A stretch of 10,196 nt of DNA from Haloferacalesvirus Serpecor1. Its lineage: Duplodnaviria; Heunggongvirae; Uroviricota; Caudoviricetes; Thumleimavirales; Hafunaviridae. Shown here piece by piece: positions 1-4,761 of the stretch. The position numbers were made by a program, and so were the translations under genes. Position 1 is the stretch's first letter, and every line of letters begins with the position of its first letter. The notes below the pieces were generated by a model that had not been told where the DNA came from, searched no databases, and saw nothing but the letters and a program-made list of their open reading frames with translations. The stretch is from positions 1 to 10,196 of IMG/VR virus record IMGVR_UViG_2974801466_000001; one strand, given 5' to 3'.

Positions 1-290
1 ACCGAAACCGGCGTTTTCAGGGGCCATAGGATACCGGATAACGGCCCGTATGGACGGGCAGGGGGAGACGGCCCGCGCGGGACGAGAGACGGGACGGGCC
101 GGTATCTGGACGGGACGGGACGGGACGGGACGGGACACACCGGGGCCGACCGGGGCCGGGGCCGGGACGGGGGCCGACCGGGACACACCGAACGGGGACG
201 CGGGCCGCCCGCGCGTAGGGCGAGCAACAACGCCAATATCCGAGGGTACAAGCCCGAGCGAGGGGGCCGACCGAGGGGCCGGTTAGAACA
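1..290. repeat. GC-rich, G-skewed terminal repeat region (probable left terminal direct repeat of a linear halovirus genome; right boundary approximate)
   Basis: Only 3 T on the + strand in 52-215 (none in 108-215). Internal repeats: GGGGCCGACC at 142, 170 and 263; CGGGACACACCG at 131 and 179. Composition turns T-rich after ~290. HF1/HF2-type viruses are known to carry ~300-bp terminal direct repeats, but the second copy cannot be seen here. Confidence 0.6.
108..136 (+). repeat. Tandem pentamer (GGGAC)x5 plus a partial GGAC
   Basis: GGAC-GGGAC-GGGAC-GGGAC-GGGAC-GGGAC read directly from the sequence. Confidence 0.95.
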
Positions 291-388
291 TTGAGTGTCT
301 TTCCGCACGCAGGCTTTAGTAAGTCCCTCTCAGAATTTTCACCTCTGAGGTCAGAAAAATCGGTTTTTGCCAGCGCAGGACGGGCTGG

Positions 389-476
389 TGTGGACGGCCA
401 CTTCGTGTTCTCTCGGAGGACTTCTCCTTCCTCGTGGGAGAATCAGAATGGGGTTAGTCAGCTTGTGGACGGCCAC
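389..476 (+). repeat. 13-bp direct repeat TGTGGACGGCCAC (389-401, 464-476)
   Basis: Two exact copies 75 bp apart. Each has GTGG/CCAC inverted arms. A degenerate third copy TGGACGGGCCAT lies at 496-507. Confidence 0.85.
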
Positions 477-912
477 AGTCTTTACGGCCCCCATCTGGAC
501 GGGCCATGCGTGTGTGTTCGGGGACTTCTACGACGGTTTTCTCGGGAGTGATGTTACTCATCGAGTGGGGCGTCACCATCTCGCCTCGCTCGTGCATTTC
601 GAGGTCGCCGTAGATTGCTATTTTGCCGCACGAGCAACAGAACACTTTGTAGTCGCCGTAGTGGAAGGCGAGGCCGATGTTGTTACATCCGTGAACGGTA
701 TCTCGGTTGGGGAGCTGGTCGAGCCAATCCGCGTCGATGCAGTCTTCCAGATGGAGGGGAGTCGCAACGGGGTCTACGCCGAGTAGGTCAGCGAGTTCTT
801 GTATAACGGATACGGAGAGTGAACCCGGCCCTCTCGTGTCGTGCGCTCCCCGGCTGAGCAAGTCATGTTCCTCGTTAACCGCAACATGGTGGCTGTGAAC
901 CGGGTCAGGCAT
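454..912 (-). CDS. HalOD1 (halobacterial output domain 1) protein, 152 aa
   Basis: Segment SLSVSVIQELADLLGVDPVATPLHLEDCIDADWLDQL...LAFHYGDYKVFCCSCGKIAIY matches the HalOD1 pattern (VV.AVA...GVDP..L.PL...ID.DALD.L...V.F.Y.G..V.V...G.V.V), recognised from memory. ATG at 912 has a TATA-like box ~27 nt upstream. Confidence 0.8.
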   Translation of the reverse strand: MPDPVHSHHVAVNEEHDLLSRGAHDTRGPGSLSVSVIQELADLLGVDPVATPLHLEDCIDADWLDQLPNRDTVHGCNNIGLAFHYGDYKVFCCSCGKIAIYGDLEMHERGEMVTPHSMSNITPEKTVVEVPEHTRMARPDGGRKDCGRPQAD

Positions 913-935
913 ACTTGTTTAGGAGACAATGTGGG

Positions 936-950
936 TATTAAGACTTATCG
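936..950 (-). promoter_or_regulatory. Leftward archaeal promoter (BRE/TATA) for a leaderless HalOD1 transcript
   Basis: Minus strand reads CGATAAGTCTTAATA. TTAATA (941-936) is centred ~27 nt upstream of the ATG at 912, typical spacing for leaderless haloarchaeal mRNAs. Confidence 0.6.
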
Positions 951-1059
951 CTGTCACTTCTTCTTAGCGTGATATTCAGACGCATAGATTTTCAGGGGGA
1001 GATACTGTCCGATTATCTCCTAACGTGGTTGACAGGTAGTATATGAACACCCCCCTTCC

Positions 1060-1076
1060 TATATAAACCCTTTACC
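1060..1076 (-). promoter_or_regulatory. Strong leftward promoter candidate (BRE + TTTATATA)
   Basis: Minus strand reads GGTAAAGGG-TTTATATA: purine-rich BRE-like AAAG just before a consensus TATA. Predicted start is ~1035-1040. The + strand TATATAAA lacks a purine-rich BRE. Confidence 0.6.
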
Positions 1077-1235
1077 ATTAATAGGAGTGTAGGAGTGAAG
1101 CGACGACGAAGACCTCCTATACTGGCTTTCTTCTCTGGATTCCTGAGCTGGTGACTCAGGTGTTCTTCTCTCTGGTTCTGTTTTCTGTCGGTTTAGCTCG
1201 GGTGTTTTCACTTTTCTAACCCGAGTTTTAGAGAA

Positions 1236-1260
1236 ACCCCTCGATGCGGTGAATCACTTT
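1236..1260 (+). promoter_or_regulatory. Conserved intergenic motif, copy 1 (ACCCCTCGATGCGGTGAATCACTTT), upstream of terS
   Basis: 22/25 identical to the copy at 2730-2754. Both copies are intergenic and lie just upstream of a start codon. Confidence 0.6.
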
Positions 1261-1272
1261 TAGTATAACACA

Positions 1273-2049
1273 ATGGCTCAGGCAGAGGTAACAGGCTACA
1301 CGGTGCAGGAACTCGCGGAACTACGCCACGAGTATCTTCAGACACCGAAGGCCGAGAAGGGGATTCCCTTCGATACTGCTTACTGCCTTACACGAATCGG
1401 GAAACAGCCCGAGGACTACGATGGGCCAACACGATACTGCTCTAATCGAGTAGCCCGCCTCGATGATGGTGGACACGCTCACTCGTGCCGCTTTCATGGC
1501 GCGAATCAGAACGCGAACGGCAACAACGACAACCTCGAACTACTCGCGGCAATCAAACACGGAATGTACGCTACTGACGAACACTTGGAGGAGGTTTTTA
1601 CTGAAGACGACCAGCGGCTCTACGACTTCGTAATGTCGTGGGCGGATGCTTATGGCTGGCCGTCTAAAGAGGAAGACCCCGCGCGACACGACCTGCTTGA
1701 GCAGGCCGCGATTGCTCGTGTTCGAGTAGCCCGGTCGTCCGAATACATCCTTGACGAGGGTGAGATGGACAGACAGGAAGTGTACGACGAGAACGGAAAC
1801 CTTCGCGTTATTACGGATGCTCACGGTCTGAGCGAAGACCTCCGGCTCAAGCAGAAGCTCATTCTCGACATTATGAAGGAGCTTGGCTTGACGCCGAAGG
1901 AGGCGTCCAAGATGAACACGGACGAGAAGACCGCGAGCGCGACGGAACAGCTCGCCGCTGTCGCGGCGGAGGCTGTTCTTGGGGGAGACGACGACGGCGA
2001 GGAGCGGTCGTTCGACCCCGACGACGAAATCTTCGAGAACGATGCCTGA
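1273..2049 (+). CDS. terS: Probable terminase small subunit with N-terminal C3H zinc-finger-like region, 258 aa
   Basis: C38/C56/C72/H75 with CRFHG and KHGMY (HGGxSTG-like pattern). Helical C-half ends in ELGLTP, as in P27-type small terminases. First gene of the operon containing terL. Acidic composition. Confidence 0.7.
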   Translation: MAQAEVTGYTVQELAELRHEYLQTPKAEKGIPFDTAYCLTRIGKQPEDYDGPTRYCSNRVARLDDGGHAHSCRFHGANQNANGNNDNLELLAAIKHGMYATDEHLEEVFTEDDQRLYDFVMSWADAYGWPSKEEDPARHDLLEQAAIARVRVARSSEYILDEGEMDRQEVYDENGNLRVITDAHGLSEDLRLKQKLILDIMKELGLTPKEASKMNTDEKTASATEQLAAVAAEAVLGGDDDGEERSFDPDDEIFENDA

Positions 2050-2305
2050 ACTAACTCGCTTCTCCCGCGACTACGACCTCGTGCTGGACGCCGAGGTGCA
2101 TACGTGGCGCGAGGAAGAAGCTCACATGGACGTTGACCTGTACGAAGACCTCGCTCACTACGTCGGTGAGCCGATTATCGGTATGGTCGGGGGCGTGAAC
2201 TACCAGTTCCGCCCGTCAAAACAGGTTCTACGTGACTCGTGTGCTGTTCCCCGGAAGTTCCGGGGTCGGAAGGTTGCCGGTTCGACCCTTCTGGTGCGGC
2301 GGTGA
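2042..2305 (+). CDS. Hypothetical protein, 87 aa (MPELTRFSRD...)
   Basis: ATG at 2042 overlaps the terS stop (ATGCCTGA). Codon usage resembles its neighbours. The longer GTG-type start at 1979 lies inside terS and is unlikely. Confidence 0.7.
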   Translation: MPELTRFSRDYDLVLDAEVHTWREEEAHMDVDLYEDLAHYVGEPIIGMVGGVNYQFRPSKQVLRDSCAVPRKFRGRKVAGSTLLVRR

Positions 2306-2312
2306 ATCAACT

Positions 2313-2444
2313 ATGAATTGCTATAATTGCGGCTATCACGCCCCTGACAGCGGGAATTGCCCCACCTGTGGCGTTCTTCTGGTGGATTTCCGCATCGAGG
2401 GGCAGGTACTACAAGATGGACAAACCCGAAAACTCCGAGTATAG
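2313..2444 (+). CDS. CPxCG-type zinc-finger micro-protein, 43 aa (MNCYNCGYHAPDSGNCPTCG...)
   Basis: CxxCG-x8-CPTCG. SD-like GGTGA at 2301-2305, 7 nt before the ATG at 2313. Confidence 0.75.
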   Translation: MNCYNCGYHAPDSGNCPTCGVLLVDFRIEGQVLQDGQTRKLRV

Positions 2445-2523
2445 CGTCTCTGAGGACGGCAAGCTCGTCCGTGAGGAGACTGAGGAAGCGAATTTCGAGG
2501 AAAATCTTACTTTCGAGGACTGA
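2416..2523 (+). CDS. Small acidic hypothetical protein, 35 aa (MDKPENSEYSVSEDGKLVREETEEANFEENLTFED); absent from the ORF track
   Basis: ATG 2416 to TGA 2523. Strongly acidic and halophile-like. Fills the gap exactly and ends 2 nt before the next GTG start. Confidence 0.65.
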   Translation: MDKPENSEYSVSEDGKLVREETEEANFEENLTFED

Positions 2524-2525
2524 AA

Positions 2526-2720
2526 GTGACTGAACCTTGCGAAAACTGCGACTGTGGGCTGGCTGAGCCGGATTTCGAGTACGATACGGTCGAATTTGGC
2601 CTTTCTCTCCCTCTCGCGTCGATTCTGGACGGTCATATCCGTGGTTCCACGGACGTTGACCCCGCTGACGTGGAGAAAATCGAGATTTGCGGCGATACGG
2701 TCACGGTTACGGTCGGGTAG
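2526..2720 (+). CDS. Small acidic hypothetical protein with N-terminal CxxCxC, 64 aa
   Basis: GTG start 2 nt after the previous stop. MTEPCENCDCG... Acidic composition. Confidence 0.65.
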   Translation: MTEPCENCDCGLAEPDFEYDTVEFGLSLPLASILDGHIRGSTDVDPADVEKIEICGDTVTVTVG

Positions 2721-2729
2721 TCGTCTCAC

Positions 2730-2754
2730 ACCCCTCGATGCGGCGAATCTCTCT
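2730..2754 (+). promoter_or_regulatory. Conserved intergenic motif, copy 2 (ACCCCTCGATGCGGCGAATCTCTCT)
   Basis: 22/25 identical to 1236-1260. Fills most of the 36-nt gap before the ATG at 2757. Confidence 0.6.
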
Positions 2755-2756
2755 AA

Positions 2757-2963
2757 ATGAACCCCTACGAGCCGGTTGAAGTGTCTAAATCCAAGCAATA
2801 CCCCCGAAGTGAGGCTCCTTCGGACGGCGAAGCCGTCGGATTGGAGTTTGGAGACTCGGGAATTGAGCCACCTCGGTATCTTATCGAGGATTCTCGGAAC
2901 TGGTATGCGTGGATTGAGGCGCTAAACGGCGATTCTTACGTCGATTTGGACGATATTCGGTGA
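2757..2963 (+). CDS. Small acidic hypothetical protein, 68 aa
   Basis: ATG start, acidic. The C-terminal AWI...YVDLDDIR pattern recalls common small haloarchaeal proteins (unverified). Confidence 0.7.
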   Translation: MNPYEPVEVSKSKQYPRSEAPSDGEAVGLEFGDSGIEPPRYLIEDSRNWYAWIEALNGDSYVDLDDIR

Positions 2964-2967
2964 TTTC

Positions 2968-3039
2968 AGGGCCTTGGTGTAGTGGTTATCATCGGGCGTT
3001 TGGGACGCTCGGAGGCCGGTTCGACTCCGGCAGGCCCTA
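2968..3039 (+). tRNA. tRNA-Pro (anticodon UGG), intronless, CCA not encoded
   Basis: Acceptor AGGGCCT(2968-74)/AGGCCCT(3032-38). D arm GTGT-AGTGGTTA-TCAT. Anticodon stem GGGCG/CGCTC with loop TT-TGG-GA (TGG at 3001-3003). 4-nt variable loop. T arm GCCGG-TTCGACT-CCGGC. Discriminator A3039, followed by T5. Confidence 0.93.
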
Positions 3040-3055
3040 TTTTTAGACTAATTTT

Positions 3056-4747
3056 ATGGAGGAAATAGCTGAACAGTTCGCCTCTGAGAGCGATGCTGAC
3101 GTTGAAGCGTTGCTTGAGAGGTGGAACGGTCGCCCCGACCTTCTCGCGGAGGACATTCTCCGGGCGAAGAATCTGACTACGGACGAAATTGAGCCGCTGA
3201 AGCTCTTTCGACCGTACCAGCCCCGGATTATGCACGCCTACTTCTACGGCGATGCTAAGATTCTGAACATCTACAAGGGGCGGCGGATTGGCGTTTCCTA
3301 CGTAATTGGCATCTGTATTCTGCTTGAGGCGCTTCTCAAGCCGGATACGTTCTACCCTATCCTCTCGAAGACGAAAGGGCAGTCTAATTCTCGGATTAGC
3401 GACATAAAGACGCTAATCAAGAACGCGAAAATCGACATTGAGCTGGAAAAGGACAATCAAGACGAGATTGTTCTCTCGAACGGCTCGCGTATCAAGGCGT
3501 ACACGGGCGACCCGGACTCCGCTCGTGGTGAAGACCCGCCGAAGACGGTCTTCATTGACGAAATGGCTTTCCTCGAAGACCAGAGCGCCACCCTCGATGC
3601 GTACCTACCCACCATCAGTCTCGGTTCGAGTCAGATGGTTCAGGTGTCCACGCCGAAGGCCCCGAACGACGAGTTCATGGAGGCGAACGAGCGGGGGACG
3701 CCGGACGGTCGCAACGACTTCGGGATTCTCGCTCTGAAACAGCCGACGTTCAAGAACGCCGACGAGATTCAGACGGACGTTTCTCTGTTCGAGCAGGACG
3801 TTGAGCCGGTTCGCGGCGACTTCGACCTCATGGCGGCGGAGACTCAGCGAGCCAGCGACCCCAACGGCTTCGCACAAGAGTATCTGTGCCGCCCTGTGAG
3901 CGACGAGTACCGTTTCTTCTCTATGCCTACCATAGAGGCCGCGATGGAGCGGGGAGGCCAGCAGGACTACTCCTACGGCCTCAGGCGGTACGACACTCCG
4001 AACACGCTGGTCATGGGAGTGGACATTGGGTTCAACTCCGACGACACGGCGATTGTGGTCTTCGAGCATGAAGGCCCGCGTCGGTACTGCCGGTACAAGG
4101 AGGTCGTGAACGACCGCGTGCTTTCGCAGGCGGGAATCACTCCATCGAGTCGGCAGAACCCGGCGGCGGTGGCTGAACGTATCTCTCAGGTGTATCACTC
4201 GATGGGCGTTTCCAACGTCGTGATGGACATGACGGGCGTGGGACAGGGGTTCCACGACGAGGTTCGGCGGCGTATCGGTCGCGGCTATACGGGGTTCAAC
4301 TTCTCCGCGAAGGACAAGGTGGAGAAGATGATGGGCAACATGAATTACGCCCTTCACAATGACCTCGTTTCTCTCCCCGAAGACGACTCCCTCCGAGAAC
4401 AGCTCGGCTCGATTGTCAAACAGCAGAAGGAGGATTGGCAGAAGCCGAAGTTCACGGGGAAGGAACACGCCCCCGAGGGGAAGGACGACCTCGCTATGGC
4501 GACTGTGCTGGCGGCGTTCCCTCCGAACTTCAAGGCCGACAAGTCTCGGAACCTCCAACAGCGCGAGGATGTGACCCCTTCGGTTCAAGTGGACGAACCG
4601 CAGGAACGCGACGGATGGGCGGGCTTGAAGATTAGTGGCTCGTCCGGTGGCGGTCGCGGATATGCTCTGTCTCACGGACGCGAGAAGCGCGGATACAAGG
4701 CACGAAACAGACGCCGTTCTACGGAAAGGCGGCGACGAAAGTTCTAA
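3056..4747 (+). CDS. terL: Terminase large subunit, 563 aa
   Basis: Walker-A-like YKGRRIGVS, Walker B VFIDEMAF, coupling motif VSTP. RNase H-like nuclease with MGVDIG...DDTA, DMTGVGQG and DDLAMA. Lies directly before the portal gene. Confidence 0.95.
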   Translation: MEEIAEQFASESDADVEALLERWNGRPDLLAEDILRAKNLTTDEIEPLKLFRPYQPRIMHAYFYGDAKILNIYKGRRIGVSYVIGICILLEALLKPDTFYPILSKTKGQSNSRISDIKTLIKNAKIDIELEKDNQDEIVLSNGSRIKAYTGDPDSARGEDPPKTVFIDEMAFLEDQSATLDAYLPTISLGSSQMVQVSTPKAPNDEFMEANERGTPDGRNDFGILALKQPTFKNADEIQTDVSLFEQDVEPVRGDFDLMAAETQRASDPNGFAQEYLCRPVSDEYRFFSMPTIEAAMERGGQQDYSYGLRRYDTPNTLVMGVDIGFNSDDTAIVVFEHEGPRRYCRYKEVVNDRVLSQAGITPSSRQNPAAVAERISQVYHSMGVSNVVMDMTGVGQGFHDEVRRRIGRGYTGFNFSAKDKVEKMMGNMNYALHNDLVSLPEDDSLREQLGSIVKQQKEDWQKPKFTGKEHAPEGKDDLAMATVLAAFPPNFKADKSRNLQQREDVTPSVQVDEPQERDGWAGLKISGSSGGGRGYALSHGREKRGYKARNRRRSTERRRRKF

Positions 4748-4761
4748 TCTACTCTCTTTAA

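Noticed and set aside
50-286. 78-aa Gly/Arg/Thr-rich ORF in the terminal repeat region
   Set aside because: The strand has almost no T, so stop codons cannot occur. The product is low-complexity and unlike the halophilic proteins. Most likely an artefact of the repeat.
108-507. Possible CRISPR or mini-array from the short repeats
   Set aside because: Repeats are 5-13 bp with irregular spacing. There is no repeat-spacer periodicity of CRISPR size and no cas genes.
291-898. Plus-strand ORFs 291-551, 367-786, 615-806 and 707-898
   Set aside because: They lie antisense to or overlap the recognisable HalOD1 gene, mostly have weak starts, and show no motifs.
938-985. 15-aa minus-strand uORF (MRLNITLRRSDSDKS) upstream of HalOD1
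   Set aside because: Too short to support, and it overlaps the promoter. An ORF of this size is expected by chance.
1059-1211. 50-aa minus-strand GTG ORF (VKTPELNRQK...)
   Set aside because: No SD or promoter evidence. Composition follows from the pyrimidine-rich + strand, and it runs through the 1060-1076 promoter.
1979-2041. Upstream extension of the 2042-2305 ORF, and the 2232 start for the zinc-finger ORF
   Set aside because: Both extensions overlap upstream genes. ATG 2042 and ATG 2313 give coupled or SD-supported starts.
2409-2798. Minus-strand ORF 2409-2798 and plus-strand alternative 2554-2760
   Set aside because: Shadow frames of the acidic small ORFs. Their products are Arg/Ser/Val-rich and non-halophilic.
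2968-3039. tRNA as an attP/integration site
   Set aside because: No integrase or duplicated tRNA end in the window, and the context is a packaging operon.
2966-3235. 89-aa minus-strand ORF over the tRNA and terL start
   Set aside because: Antisense to a well-formed tRNA and to terL.
3590-3601. ACCCTCGATGCG inside terL as a further copy of the late motif
   Set aside because: CTC-GAT (Leu-Asp) is common in these genes, the match stops at 12 nt, and it is not near a start codon.
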